This document shows, one piece after another, positions 38,063 to 52,423 of a stretch of DNA of 64,000 bases. The stretch comes from Patellaria atrata CBS 101060 (taxonomy: Eukaryota), in the NCBI GenBank assembly GCA_010093705.1, contig MU006093.1:1199301-1263300 (forward strand), given 5' to 3'. A program made the position numbers and the translations under genes. The notes under the pieces were generated by a model. It saw nothing but the letters and a program-made list of their open reading frames with translations, did no database searches and was not told where the DNA came from. Numbering within the stretch: position 1 is the first letter of the stretch; every line of letters starts with the position of its first letter.

Positions 38063-38906
38063 TGGTCTTCTAAAGAATTCTAGCCGATGCCAAGTCCTGT
38101 GAATCTGCAGGTAATTCCCCATCTACTTGTATTTCTTTCCACCCTTGCCCCGCTGCTACTCGTTATCTATCCATCTCTCTCTTTCACCTCGTTTATATAC
38201 TTTTACCTTTTACCGTTGACATGTCCAGAGCGCTAGAATAACTTGATACACACGTCTGCTCAATCGATTTCACGAGTTGTCTTGACCTTCGAAGAATACA
38301 CGTATTCAATTCTTCTCGAGACCGTCCTGGCAACAAAGAACAGTAGCGAGATGCGATCTTCACTCATGCCTTTGCAGCACACCTTCCCCGAGATCTAGGC
38401 TCACTGTAACATACCAATTGAATCAGCTTGAAACATATTGCCTCTTGAACTCCGAATTTGGAGATGATCCCTCATGGCCCACTTTGTCCGTTGCTCTTGG
38501 CGGACTAACCTTCACAACTGACCGCCAGAATGTCTGGAAGTTGATGTCTGCTCGATGAATATCATCTGCAGCAGCATCCCTTGATCCTAGAGGTCATGCC
38601 AGATGTGCGGTGGGGTATTGGCTTCCAATTCATAATCGTCTTCGTGGCTGGCTAATCGGTATTTTTCATAGTACGTGTCGAAGGAATCTCGGTTCATTCA
38701 TGTGAATCTAGATGTACATATTATGTACCTGAGAAGGCTAGAGCCGAAAACAGCACCTTCGATGCACGATGATGATGTTCAATATTCTTCGTTTTGAGGG
38801 GAATTTCGTGAGAATGTCGAAGAGACAAGTTCAGTTACTTCTCCAATGACGAAAGCAATCAATCTGCGTTGTCAGGGTTTCTTCTGCAGGGACTGAGCTC
38901 ACTTTC

Positions 38907-38960
38907 TGCATTTTGCTGCATTTTGCTGCATTTTGCTGCGTTTTTCCGCATTTTTCTGCT
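38907..38960. repeat. 10-bp tandem repeat (TGCATTTTGC) x ~5, degenerating
   Basis: Seen directly in the sequence. Confidence 0.8.
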
Positions 38961-39456
38961 CGGCGATCAGGGCGGAATCCCGCCTCGTTGAACCCGCTTA
39001 CCGGCTCGCAAAAGGAAGTGGGGCGGGGCCGTCGTTTTGTTGGGACATGTGCAGCTTCGAGACTCTTTTTGAATATCCATGTGAAGTGCCGAGGGAACTT
39101 GTTCCACCAACAACAGAGCCCGTGATGTTCATTACCACTCATCAGTCTGAAAAAGGAACTGTGTCGTTCTCGATTCGAGCTGAAAACCAGAGAGCCGAAA
39201 GTCTCGTACAGCATACAGAAAAAAAACAAAGATGTGGTTATTAGATTCGCACTCCCGTCTCAATTGGGCTCTGCTTGCAGCATGCAGCGTCAATCGCATC
39301 CAAGCACATGGTATACCGCGTTGCCGGACCATACGGATCACATTACCTTGGTGTATGGTTCCTCTATCCATCATTCCCCCAGAATGTTTCAAGTGCTCTC
39401 TGGCCTTGTTGGACCACCAAATCGTAGAACTAAAGGATGTGGGTTGCGAGGTCTCG

Positions 39457-39521
39457 AGATGTCTTCACTCTCGATATCTTCACTCCCGATGTCTTCATTC
39501 TCGATGTCTTCACTCTCGATG
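39457..39521. repeat. 15-bp tandem repeat (GATGTCTTCACTCTC) x ~4
   Basis: Seen directly. It explains the repetitive short ORFs at 39232-39634. Confidence 0.85.
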
Positions 39522-39860
39522 CTGGAGAGACCTCCAGTAATTACATATTGCTGCATCTTAGACAGAAAGAAAAGGTTGAAGGCCTATGCATTCCTCATAT
39601 TATAATATCCCCCCGAATACTCCGTTCTTCATAACGTTCTTGAATCGCACATATTGCGAGGAATAACAGACGCGGCGGGGCAGTTACCGTCCCGAACCGT
39701 TTCCGTCCACACTTTCCGCTGACTAAGCCACCGGATCTTTCAACGCCCGATCACATGCAGTCGCGTTAAACTACTTGTACTCTGCCGTGTCTGCACAATA
39801 AGGTACAGGAAACCTCAACCGTACTCGTTACGCTCGATAGTTGGAATTGACTATGCCACA

Positions 39861-41333
39861 ATGCTTCCTGAAGAAATTCTTTTAACCGCATTGCAAGATC
39901 GATATCCGTGCCGCGAACTACTGATCCGCCAGCTCGCGGCTTTGTACGCAGTATGCCTCCTTTTTACGCGCCATTTCTCGATATTAACTCTGTTAGCCAT
40001 CACTGCCTAGTCCATCAACTCTCGTCGTCCACGGCCTACAAGCCACAGGAAAGAGCTCTATCCTTAAAGATTTTTTAACGGCAAGGCGCATCTCTCATGC
40101 AATTGTCAACTCGGGCGAATGCATCACGGGCCGCCATCTCCTTGAGCGTACCGTCAGCGCATCTCTTGATGCGATCGAAGATACTGTCGACCAACGGATC
40201 GATCGAAGTCTCTATAGCCGATGCCAAAATATTAGTGCCCTAGCTGTACACTTGCAGCGACTACTGGAGAGCTGCGACAACTTTGTACTCGTGTTCGATG
40301 GTATAGACAAGCAACGAGAAGCACCTCCAACACTGCTGGCTGCACTGGCACGATTTGGGGAAATAGTGTGCATGCCTGGTAATAGCTTACAGTAAACATA
40401 CTAATGTCAAAATAGATACCTAGCCTCAGCGTTGTCCTCATCGTAACCTACCCTCGTCCGCGCTTCCTCCATGCCGCAGGAGTCCCCCATATCCATTTTA
40501 CCCCCTACACGCGCGACCAAACTATCCAAATCCTCGCCAAATCACCTCCTGAAATCTTCCTCGTACCTCCTTCTCCTTCAATGGAATATACTGACGATCT
40601 TGCTGCGGAAGACAATCATTGGGTCTGGGTGCGATTCTTAGCCGCAGTTTGGGACTCATCAGGCAAAGGCGCGGCCAGAGACCTCGCAAGTTTCAAGGCC
40701 GTAGCAGAAAATTTATGGGACCCCTTCATCCAACCAGTCCGAGACGGCACATTCGGAACACGTGACTTCTCGCGCCTAATCGTCTCAAGGCGCGCACTTC
40801 TCCAAAGCGAAGATGCCCTCGTGGACAGCGTGATCCCAAAAGCCACAGGAGACACAGCGAGAACCGTCAAAACGGTATCGCACGACCTGTCGTACTACTC
40901 CAAATACATCCTCTGCGCCGCCTACCTCGCCTCCTATAACCCGCCCCGCCAGGACCAACTCTACTTCATGAAGTCGACCGACAAGCGCCGTCGCAAACGG
41001 GGCGGTGCCACAGCTGCCAGGAAAAACACACCTAAAAACAGGAAAATTCCTCGGCATCTCCTTCATCCCTCCCCTTTTCCACTCGACCGTCTCCTGGCTA
41101 TCCTCCATGCTATACTCCCCCATCCGCTACCGCATACTGCGGATATCGACACCCAGATCGCGACGCTCGCGTCGCTGAGACTGTTGCTGAGAGCGGGCTC
41201 GGGCGGGGGTGTCGATGTCCTGGATGCGGCGAGTAGGTGGAGGGTTAATGTTAGCTGGGAGTATGTTGCTACCGTGGGCCGGGGTCTGGGGTTTGAGGTC
41301 GAGGAGTATTTGGCTGGGGGTGGCGGGGTGTGA
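39861..41333 (+). CDS. ORC5: Origin recognition complex subunit 5; introns 39951-39996 and 40366-40415
   Basis: YPCRELLIRQL, Walker A VHGLQATGKS, ECITGRHLL, and ORC5 C-terminal motifs SKYILCAAYLASYNP and PFPLDRLLAI. Confidence 0.92.
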
Positions 41334-42057
41334 TAGGCGTGTTGGGCAATTTGATGGGTTGAGGTTCAAGGTGGGATTGGGGGTGTTCATGTTAGGAAAT
41401 ATATGGAGTATCGTGATAGCTATGTTTGTCCAATTACATATAAGAGTACCGTGATGGGGCGTGTTTGTTTACATATCTAAGAGTATCGTGATGGAGGGTA
41501 CAACACCACGCCGGTACAGTCGGGTAGGTTGGAGGTGGAGGAGGACGCGCGGGGACCACGGGTACAACGTACGGTAAATTCCCGTTCCGATGCTCGCCCT
41601 CGACGTCAGTCCCACCGAGTTTCCCCTTTAGCACACAGCGGTATGCAGTACCTTAGTTCAATTTCACTTCTGCGCCAGGGCTACCGCGTGGAAAGTACGA
41701 ATAGGGCGCGTGCCGAAGAGGGTGTTTACGTTAAGGATAGATTCTAGGGATGTCGACCGGATACGCTCGGTGTCTCGTTGGGGAAGGGTCGCTAGGTAGG
41801 AGGCGTGGGTATGGATAGTTCTTGTATTCTCAGACGCCCCAATTCAAACACGTTTTCTTTCCACGGTATGAGAAAAGACGAGTGTGCCACATGGAAATGA
41901 AGTCCAATTCATGATAACTTATAGGTTTCAGCGGGGCTGTGGGTAGAGGGTAGAAATTCCCCTGTTCCCGTACAGTCTCTTTTAACCATCGATATTCTAC
42001 ATTTTTGATATGCCTGAGAAAATGGAGGGTATAATACTCACTGACAACCGCTCTCCC

Positions 42058-44075
42058 TCACGAGCTACAGCTACACTGCATGGCACGACTGGTCTTGGGG
42101 ACATCGCCGCAGAATCTCTCTTCCTCTTCCTTGTTCCAGCTCCAGCTCTCTTCGAACGGATTCAGCGCGAGGGTCATGATGTTGTTCAAGATGTCGCGCT
42201 CGCCCTTGTGCTCGACGCGAGAGATGACCTCGTCGAGGATCCAGCCCTTGGGGATGAACTGTGAACATAAAGATAATTAGTCCGACTCCGATGTGTGATG
42301 TTTTGATTGTTGTTACTTACCTTCGGATTTGTCTTCCGCATCGCCTCCATCCTTTCAGCGTCGTGTCCCTCTTTCCAGTCACCCAGCACCCTAGTCCTCC
42401 AAGTCTCCAGCCATGCGGCCATTCGGGCACGCGCTTCATCCTCGGGAGTGAAACATGTGAGACCCTCATGGTGAAAGAACCGGCCAGCGATACTCTTCCG
42501 CTTCTCTTCCGTGTCGATCTCGGCCAGTGTGAAATTGCCCAATTTTCTGAAGGACTGGTTGAAGTCCAGTTCCAAGTCCTCCAACGTGTCTAGCCAATCC
42601 GAGTAGACTTTGTCGTCTTTCGGTTGGAAGTATTTCAACCCCAAACGTGCCGTCATGATACGCCTGTATTCCCCTTTGAAGACGGCTTGGTATTCCTCGC
42701 CGGCAGCAGTGATTATGGTTTCCGCGCGCTCGACGAGTGTGGCGGCAAAGTCCTTGTGCACGCCTTCTGTGATGAATTCCTCATCGTCGCAGCGGTCGCC
42801 TGCGCCTATCAACTCACCGAAGCTCTCTCCCAGTCGGACGAGGTTCCACCAGATGATGCTGGTTTGGTTTTTGTACGAGTAACGTAACATATGATCGTCG
42901 TGGTTAGGGGTGTATGAACGATCGAAGTTGTCCATGAAGGCGAAGGGACCGTAATCCATGGATAGGCCCATGATAGATGTGTTGTCTGTATTGAGGACGC
43001 CGTTCATGAACCCATAAGCTTGCCATGCTGCAACTGTCCTCGCGTTGCGCCGTACGATTTCACGATAGAGCCGCGCGAAGCGGTTTTCCTGCTCCTTTCC
43101 TTCGCCCTGAAGTTCGTCCTTAGGAACTGCTCGTTCAGGCGTGGCAGCAGTCACTGAGATATCGCCGGGCGGTAATTTACCGGGTAGATTTTCCCAGCCT
43201 CCTACCACCTCCTCTGCGACATACTCTGCCGTCCTTCTAAGTAACTTTCGGTCACCCCGAGCGCGTAAGATATCGAACGTCCCTATCCTAATCCAGCTTT
43301 GGGCGAATCGGGAACAGATTGCCCCTGGCTCCATAGTCTCCCTGCGCACATGCGAATTGGGCGCCAACACCAGTGATAGTGCACGCGTCGTTGGAATTCC
43401 CAGAGCATTCAAAGCTTCACTGACCACGAACTCACGTAAACTCGACCGTAGTACAGCTTTGCCGTCCGCAAATCGCGAATAGGGTGTTTTACCCGCACCT
43501 TTCAATTGTAATTCGTATCTTATTCCCGTAGTCGGACTGTTGATTTCAAACAATGATATAGCACGACCATCGCCGAGTTGTCCCGCCCACTGCCCGAATT
43601 GGTATCCGCCATAGCATTGCGCCCAAGGATATATACCTTCCTCTTTCTCTTCATCCCAGGTCAGGATCTGGTTCCCGGCAACCGTAGCGAGAAAGTCTGG
43701 ATTCGAGGGCTCGGAGGGGTCAATTCCGAGATCTTGTAGAGCCCGTGGGCTTACGGCGAGGAGTTCGGGTTGTTCGATGGGCACAGGGCGTACGAAAGTA
43801 TAGGAAGCTTCTTTGACGAGTCTCGGGCCTAGGCTATCACGAGGGGCACGATGGGAGGCGGCAGGAGTTGGGAACTTGGAGTCAGGAGGCAGCCTGGTGG
43901 TAAAGACCTTCGATTTCGGTAATGTTTTGATGGTATATGTCTGAGGTTTTTCGAAGGAGTTGTTCGGCTCGGCGGTGCCATTGCTGGTACTGAGATGCTC
44001 AGCCATTTGTGTTAGACGGGTACTCATAAGTTTAGTATTATGACGGTGGAGGAAATAGGATGCTCGACGGAGCAT
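42058..44075 (-). CDS. FMP40: Protein adenylyltransferase SelO/Fmp40; intron 42320-42259
   Basis: YGGYQFGQWAGQLGDGRA, LQLKGAGKTPYSRFADG and GVLNTDN...DYGPF. Spliced C-terminus is MQCSCSS*. Basic N-terminus resembles a mitochondrial presequence. Confidence 0.93.
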
Positions 44076-44952
44076 AGAAGAATTATATGAGTTGAGGTGA
44101 AGGTGTCGGTGAGCTCCAGGGAGAGCTTCACGGACTAATCCCCGACGCAGTGATCTGGTCCTTTGAAGTCAGGGTTTAGGGAAGTCTTGAGGTCGTAAAA
44201 TGGAGGAAAGAATTCTCATCATTTATTATTACACACAAGGAATTTAGGATGCTGAAAATGTAGGAGCAAGGTATTTAAGAAATTGTTTCCTCGGAGCAGC
44301 AGCGATGTCATAATACCGTTATAGGTCTTGGCCGAAAACGTCGGAAGCAGCAAGTGGGGCTAGTCAGACTCAAAGTTACAACGGGATACAGTGCTAGCAA
44401 TACCAATGAGGTAAGGTACTTGCCCAGCATCCTCCTTGTTATGCTGACTCCGTCATAACAGGTTCATAACACCTGACGTACTTTGTAACCTAAGGTAACA
44501 CTCAGGTCTGTGTAATCCTTATATCTCAACGATGGAATATCACTTTTGAGGTTATAGTCCTACACCACACCTCAGTCTTACCTTCACTATGTAGGACTTT
44601 AGTCCTTCACAAGTCTACTTATCTACAAAGGGGACTATGCGCTTATCGATAAAGCTTTGAATAGGTATCGCATGTTAATCCTATTTGTTCTCAGATAGAG
44701 CTCTAGGTTAAATGTTCAATCGCGTCGAAGAATACAACAAAGGTCAGGGGGATAATTAAGTAAAGTGAATGCATTCCGTACTTACTTCTTATCACCTCAG
44801 GTGACTCTGGGTAATTCCTTCTCTATTTGTTTATTTCGCCTCTCTTTCTGATTTCAACCTTCTTGTGCACCTTGCAACCTCTCCTACTTCCGCTTCCTCA
44901 AGTTCAGTTATTCCCCGAAACTGCCTCCACAAACAGTGAATCATTGACGAGA

Positions 44953-47476
44953 ATGTCTCGTGTCCCTGGGTTTGAGAGAGAGCCTGTAAGGCCAATTGAT
45001 CGCGTACAGCGCGGTGTTGATAGAGTAAGTTCTCTCACTCCAATAACAGCCCTCCTTTCCTACACTGTCCAAAAGAGAAAACCGTCTCTATTTTGTAGAC
45101 ATCGCTTCTAATTGTCCGAATCCGTCGTGAAAGCAGTGCTAACAGCTACAAGTATCCTGGGTACGAAATACATCCTGGCACATGGGACTTTTATCTGACT
45201 CATATTCAAACAGCGACACAGCGAACGAGCCTCAGATTTTGCATTGGAGATGTAACCTTGTAAGCATTCAGTACCTTCATTATATATCAGTCATCTCTGC
45301 GCAATTTCCCACCATTCATCTCCAGCGATATTTGTCGCCATACACCTCCTGTCCATATACTCAAGCAACAGTTGCTCTCATGCATCTGAACCTTGATGAT
45401 ATGTACAAATTCGTACAAGAATATCGGAGGTCTTCTGATTCAAGAGTACTATATACCAGTCGTTTTCTGTGATATAGAAATAGTGTTGTGTACACTCATA
45501 CATGCGCATAGTTGCGTTCATCTTCCTGTCTAACAAAGTCCTAGACCGCACTATCGCACGTATTCAATCTTTTCTTCGTTGCTTGCGTCGATCGCGTACA
45601 CATCTTTCAACCGACATTCCCTCACCAGAAACTCCTTGGAGACCCAGATTTGATCCTTCCAATTGCAAATTCTGGCCAAGGTAGTACTCAAGCACACATA
45701 GACCCGGTTCGACCCCACGCCGCTAATCGTGTTCTCGTTGATTTTCTTGGTCATGACGAAATCCTCCTTTTGGCCTGTGACGATGGAGATGTGATAGGTT
45801 ATAGGACAAGAGATATTCAACGAGCTATTGATCTTGGAGAAGGGTATGACCTATCTCCATTCTTCGTTAGGAATGTGCTGCGCAGCGCTTGGGGTTTAGC
45901 GGTTCACACAACAGCCCGGAAGATTGCTGTTAGTGCCAATACGCACGAGATTACTGTGTTCGCCTTCGGCTTGACCGGACAAGAAGCCGAACTGTATTCC
46001 TTGAATTCCTTCTCATTGGAAGACCGCACTACGAACACTACGACCACGCTCAGAGGCCACGAAACAAACATACCTGACATTGCATTTTGCAACACGGGCG
46101 ATGACCCTATGGGAAGATGGTTGTTAAGCTCCGACATAGGAGGTATCACGTATATATGGAACGTCGAGGGGTACGGACCCTTTACTGGCTATCAACATCG
46201 ATTCTGTAACGGTAGTTGTAACTTTTGTCAATGTAATTCGGACCAAATTATTCAACGCCACGCTTGTAAGTTCTTGATACCTAACTCTCCCTACCCTGTC
46301 TCTGCTCTACTCGCAGAAATAAATGTTACGGGGAGGAGATCACCTATTATTTTTCCGGAATTTGCAAGGTCTACACCTGATTTTTGAAAACAAACTGACA
46401 TCGGATATAGCTTGGGGCTGCATGTGGCTGGATAAGCCTTCTTTCCGTGAGACCAAGACCATCGAGGAGACCACCGGGCTGTACGGCTCAAATTACAGTT
46501 TGGATAAACATCCTCCCGAAATATGGGATATCACGGCAAGCCTAGACGTAGTACAGAATGCCGCGACAACCTATCCCCCTCCTCCGGTCGCAACGACTAC
46601 CACTGCTGTCGACAATAATGATGGCGAGGGGCATGCCGACATGCCAGAAGGGAGCCTCACTGAGCCGATGGATGCTGACGAGGAGGATGACAACGTACCG
46701 GACATAGGTGACCCAGAAGAACAGGCCAGTACAGCGGATCAAGAAGAGGGCAACATAGAGACGGCGTACGTACAATAAGCGCATAGCGGCCCAGAAGTCC
46801 CAATTACAGCAGGACACGGGATGCTTCTCACATTGAAATTCACAGCTGACACCATTCCAGGTCCGGAACCTCCGAATCCACGCTCCCAGAATACCCGGAA
46901 GACCCCCTCGCCCCGCAACCCCCCGACTCACCTATCCTCATCACCTCCGTGCGGGACGTATTCCTCACCCACCCGTACCGCCACCAGAACCATATCATCA
47001 ACTTCGCTCCCCCGCCCTTCCGCCCCCCCTGGATCCCCTTCCACGATCCCCTGCGCCAATCCGTCGGCGCAGGCGCCAGCGCCAGCTTCCACAAGCAGCA
47101 GCGCAAGGACCGGATGAGCCTGTACGCCTACATCAGGGATCTCGGCGTCGTTGTGGTGGGTTCCCCCAAGGGCCGCGCTGCCGTCTTCGTCCTGACGAAA
47201 ACGCATGTTGTGGGGAGGGCGGTGTACGCGATGCGCTTGGAGCATTTGCTCCCGTTCGCGAGCGAGGAGAGGGACCGGCAGAGGCCAGAGGAGACGCTTG
47301 TTGGTGTCGCTGCTGGGCCTGTACAAGGCTTCCTTGCGTCGGGGAGGGAGTATAACCCTCTCAGGCGCTGGAGGCTGTTTTTGTACTATAAGCACCACTC
47401 GCTGCTGGCGTATGAGCTCGGGAGGAGGGTCGGGGTGGAGGGGGATGATGTTTTTGTGGAGCAGTTGGTCGTGTGA
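44953..47476 (+). CDS. CRT10: CRT10-family WD40-like protein, multi-exon (start approximate)
   Basis: WRCNL|TALSHVFNLFFVA across intron 45260-45544, EILLLACDDGDV, SAWGLAVH, GHETNIPDIAF, AWGCMWLD, GVVVVGSPKGRAAVF and RRWRLFLYY. Confidence 0.8.
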
Positions 47477-47867
47477 GGGGTTAGGTTTGGGTTTGGAGTC
47501 TTGGGATGGGATGTGCTTTGCTGATGCTGTTGTGGAGGGGATCCTGGCGTCTGTGGTGGTGTTCTAGTCGAGGTTGCATAGGGTATTCAATATCGGGTAT
47601 CATTCTAGGTGGGGAGTTTGCTCTACATAGGGGTATGAAGCCTAAGGGCTTCTAGTCTAGTTTTACAATTCTACAAGTCCTACTACTCATACAACCGAGT
47701 CTCTCATGGGTATATTCTCCTCCAACAACCTCTATCTACCATCCTATACACAGCCAACCCCCCAACCCATCTTATTTCCCCCTGAACAAGCCCACCCGAA
47801 AACCCGCGCACACAAAATCAACCATACACCCCACCGTGGTATATGAACCGTATCAACCCCCAACCCC

Positions 47868-48990
47868 TCAAAACAACAGATCCGCAAACTCTCCCATCAC
47901 CTCCTCCTGCCCCTTTCCCGGTGCAAATTCCCCTTCCAGCCCGTCGAGTTGCGACCAGGCTTCTGCGAACTTGAGGCCGCGAAGCCGTTCCGCCTCCATG
48001 GTTTCCCAGGTCCACACGTCGGGATCGGGGTCTGTACTGGGGTCTGAAGGTGCTGGCATTGCCGGGGAGTCAGGCACAGGCGGCAACAAGCCGCAATCGC
48101 GCCAGACCTGCTCGGGGGGGATGGTCAGGCGGCCCCTTTTCACGACGTATTTGGCCACGGTGGTCGCGAAGACGGTCGGCGGGTCGGGATCCTTCTTCCC
48201 AGCCTCTACACTCCCATCCTCCGCGGCGGAAACTTGCGTGCTTCTCCACGGCTGCATCACGGAGGGCGTCTTTGCGGCGGGTGGGGACGGCGCGACGAAG
48301 AAGGTCACGGTGTAGATCCACTTGCGGTCCCAGGTCAGCACTCTCGTCCACAGCTCGTACGGTCGGTAGGGGGCGATTTCTTTCCTGAAGGAGGCGGTCA
48401 CGCCGCCGAGGATGATGTTGTGGGTCAAGCCGGATTTTTTGATGCCGGGGCGGAGGAGGGCGGTCATGAGGTGCGAGCGGGAGACGTCGGCGTCGCTGAA
48501 GTAGGTGCTGTTGGATTTGTGTAGGTTGTAGTCTGTTTCGAGAAGAGGGGCGCGCGTGGTGGTTATTATGGGGGTGAAAAGGCCGCGTGGGGGGAGCGGC
48601 GTGGGTTGGAGGTAGAGGTGGTAGAGGAAGGAGCGGAGGATGCGGAACTGGGGATGTTAGTTGGGTTTGAGGGCCTGGAAGGGCCTTAGGGGTTGGTGTA
48701 GAGCATAGAGAGTGTGTTGAAGGAGATGAAAGCGAAGGCCTAGAGGAGAAGAGGGGTTGGGATAATATTTGGGGCGGAAGAGGAGCACGCACATGCCATA
48801 CGAAGGGTAGATTTTTGAAATTGAGGATCGCGAAGAGGAGTGCGAGCATGCGCCATATTCTTTCTGACTTTGAAACTCCTAGGAATCGCGAAATGGAGTC
48901 TCGGAATCGAGGGCTGGAGGTGAGAGCGAGGAGGGATGCGCCAAAGCCTGATATGCTGGCAAGAATAGGACCTCGCTGTATGACAGACAT
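47868..48990 (-). CDS. Hot-dog-fold thioesterase-like protein (THEM6/YBR096W-like); intron 48792-48648
   Basis: NFKNLPFVWH|FRIL, LETDYNLHKSNSTYFSDADVSR and FRKEIAPY...WTRVLTWDRKWIY. Confidence 0.85.
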
Positions 48991-51900
48991 CTTGAGAATA
49001 TAGGGGCTTTATAGGATCTAATTGCGGACTTTGATGAGACGGACGATATCATTCCATGTCTGTAACCTGTGATCTTATCATCGCTAGAGCTCTTATGAGG
49101 TAGTCAGACGAGTAGAGTTAGTGATGATATATTGAGTAAGGAAGGCGTCGTAAGGGTTACTCCACATAAGATTCCGCAGATAATATTTTACATGAACATC
49201 AGCATATAAAGTAGAATTATCTGAGAAGTTGTATAGAACATTTCTGTATACGGAGTATGGAGTACCGTGTCGTGAGCATCTCAGACACCCCTGATGTCGT
49301 TGTTTCTCTTTTGTGAGCCTCGGCTCGATGAACGTTATCAGATGGGACCAAGAAAAGTCGGACAAGATGAAAGTGCACGTGAATGTGTCTTACCCGACGG
49401 GAGATGCCGTATTGATCCCTACCACTAAAGGCAGCTGCTAAGCTTAGTACGGTAAGGCAACGCACTTTATTCTGCCACTCGAGCTCCTTGGCGCAAGTCC
49501 GCAACACTCGCAAGTCCACCTCGTTTTTGGTAATACATGATATTGTTCATTAAGATATCTTACCTTCTGTTGATGCTCTAAGGTAGGTCTCGACTTTCTG
49601 TGACACCTGCCTCGACTCCTACTCAATATATATATCACACCCCGCGAAGTGAATCATGAACGATATATACCGTCAAGGATGTATCACCAGTGGTCTTTTG
49701 ATCATGAAGAACGGCATCTTCCTTCTTACCGTTGAATGGGAGTATCACGAAGTGACAAAAGCTATTGCTAGCCTTTACACGACGCAGAACAGGTTTCAGA
49801 CGATAGATCATGCATTCGGTGACCTCAACCCCGTCGAATCAACTGCCAATATATGCCTACATCGAGATGTTGGAAAGATTGGAATCATTTATTTGATGAC
49901 CCTTGGCCCAATAGATGAGGACGGCATCCGCATCGTCTCAGGAGCCGTCCTCTGCTTAGGCGCTCTCGCCGTGAACATCCTGATATAGGCTACGTTGGCA
50001 ATTCGAGCTGCAAGCTGTATCTTTCTGTTGTACGACGTCTGAATGTGACCATTCCCTGGTCAAGACAAGAGCGATGAAAGATGCACGGATCCTAAATTGG
50101 CTATTTGCACCTTTTGGGACGACTATCGTTGCGGGGGTGACAAAAAACTTCCGTTGAGAACGCTGAGCTTTTGCAAGTAGTTTGGCGAGCTTTTCTGCGA
50201 CTGATTGATAAATGGAAAAGTAAGGTGTGCCATTCTCACGGTTCTCTTGGTTATACAGTAGGGGACTGCAATGGAAGGCGTTGACGCTGTGCCTTAGCGG
50301 TGTAGTCGGCCCGGACGGCTCAAGGCGGGAGATAGCTCTATGATGAATCAGCTACCCGACTCGGACTGGCGGTATTCGATCTGGTAGGGAACTTGGGGAG
50401 TGTGCAAACGCTCCTCTCCAGTCTCCATTAGGCTTGATATTGGCCCTCTCCACGTGCATCGTCCATGGAAACTCCTCACTGCATCTTCTTAGATCCTTTT
50501 TGATCCACCAACCAATATCACCTCTAACGTAGCAACAAGGCGTTGCGTGGCTTCGTTATGCTTGCCAATTCCCCCCACCCTCAGCTGGCGGAAGTGGAAT
50601 ACGATGGAGCTGATGATACACAGCGAGTGCTTTTTCTCCCTCATATCTTGACTTTTCGCCATACTACCCGCTGATTGAGAGATGGCCTGTCCACTAGTGT
50701 GTGTTGATCTGTATTCCATCTCCCCCTCTGGGGACATGGACTTTTATATCACGTTACACAAGCTTTCTCCAGGACGATTCAGTAGTCTGCTAGACTTTCA
50801 AATCGAATTCAGCCGTTGCCGACTTTCTTCCTCTACTCCATCTTTGTCTACGCACTAGAGAAAGTCTCGAACATACACATGCCGTCACACCCTCTCAATT
50901 GGCAGAAATGATGCTGCTTAAGCGGCAAAGTCAATCTCTATCGACTCCCCCAGGCGCGTCAGGCTCCAACCTTTCGAGCAAGCCTGAGCAAGCTTGCAGA
51001 ATTCGAATCCTTCGTCCTGCAACCACCATACGGCTTGCACACAAAAATAATGCTTCCCCAGTCGCGGCACACACGGCTTGGTCGCGAAGACATCCGGATC
51101 GCTGATGATCTTCCTACTATCAGGCCCCTCGAGATATGCAACACGCAACCTAAGCTTGTTCAGATGTAGACCTTGCCCCGAGCCGCCAACTCTGGTTGAG
51201 AAATCCAGATAGGATGCGTTGTTTAGACGTATGGTCAGCAATTACAATATAATTTTGGTACACCGTATCTGACTTGAGGTTACTAATAAGTCGAGGCATC
51301 GAATATCGCATGCATGTTTACGTGCTGTCGTCGCATCCTGGCAGAGATGGTTAACCTCTCGCAACCTCGACACCTCGTGATCCTCAAGTGGTAAGCGGTC
51401 AAAATATCTTTGTTGCTGACCACAACCACCGTGTGTAACCAACTATGTCCTTGCTGAGGGATGCGTATGCGGTGCGATTGAGGAACGTATTGATTCTTTC
51501 CTTCTCGTGCCCTACGTCTACTTGTCATGTCTCTCGTTTCTTCGGTTTTAGCCGTCAACCAGAATCATTACTGCCCAAATTCGTAATTTTCTCCACGCTG
51601 ATGATGTTGTGCTACCTTTGAAATTTCTTCATCCATATCAGTAGCGCTAAAAGGCTTAATCTATACATAATAGTCCTAACGTAACACATTTCAACTTAAC
51701 CTCTTCCTTGACCAAAAAAATTCTTAATCCTTAATTTCCAATCGCTACCATCAATCAGCTTTTTACTTCGTGTATCTTGATATTCTTAATTTGGGCGGGA
51801 CAATTCTCAGCTTTCAGTTTGTATTTCTACAAGTCCATTTCTTCCTCCATCGAATATAGAAATATCCTCAATCTACCTTTCACAAGCTCATATTCGCCCA

Positions 51901-52423
51901 AGTCGAACCCCTTATTTCGCAGGCACAGTGGTTCACAAAAATAACGCGTACACCAAAATACCACGATATTCAAGGCACGATAAATTCGCAACACACACAA
52001 TATAAAATAAATATCTTTCCGGGATAACGGTAGAGTTGCTTATGCTCTATACTATCTAGCTTTCAGGCTTTGAGAGCGTTACGTGGTCGCAAACCTATCG
52101 AGACTCGAAATTACCGACTCTTGTAAAGTTGGTCTATTTTGGTGAGGGGACGGCCTTTTGGTATATCAATTATTTTGTGAACCACGTGGCAGGGAGTGGA
52201 AACCCAAAGTTATCCAGGTTATCCAGGATTTCAGATCATTTCGGTCAATCACAAAGCTACGATATCTCCGACTTTCGAAAAAAGCCAGAATTTACAGCTC
52301 CGGTTTTTGCGGAAAGGATTTTAAGCCTACTGCTGGCTTTTTCTTAAACCGCACCCCTTCTTCCTACAGGGACACGTCGTTGCAACATCACTTTGCTATA
52401 AAAACCCAATCGACCTCACAATC

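Noticed and set aside
42058..42075. Selenocysteine readthrough in SelO
   Set aside because: The protein ends CSCSS with Cys codons; the TGA follows the complete C-terminus as a normal stop.
45380..45445. Intronic C/D snoRNA in the 285-nt CRT10 intron (CTGA..TGATGA..CTGA)
   Set aside because: No upstream C box for a full layout, the C-to-D distance is only ~35 nt, and I recognise no rRNA-complementary guide.
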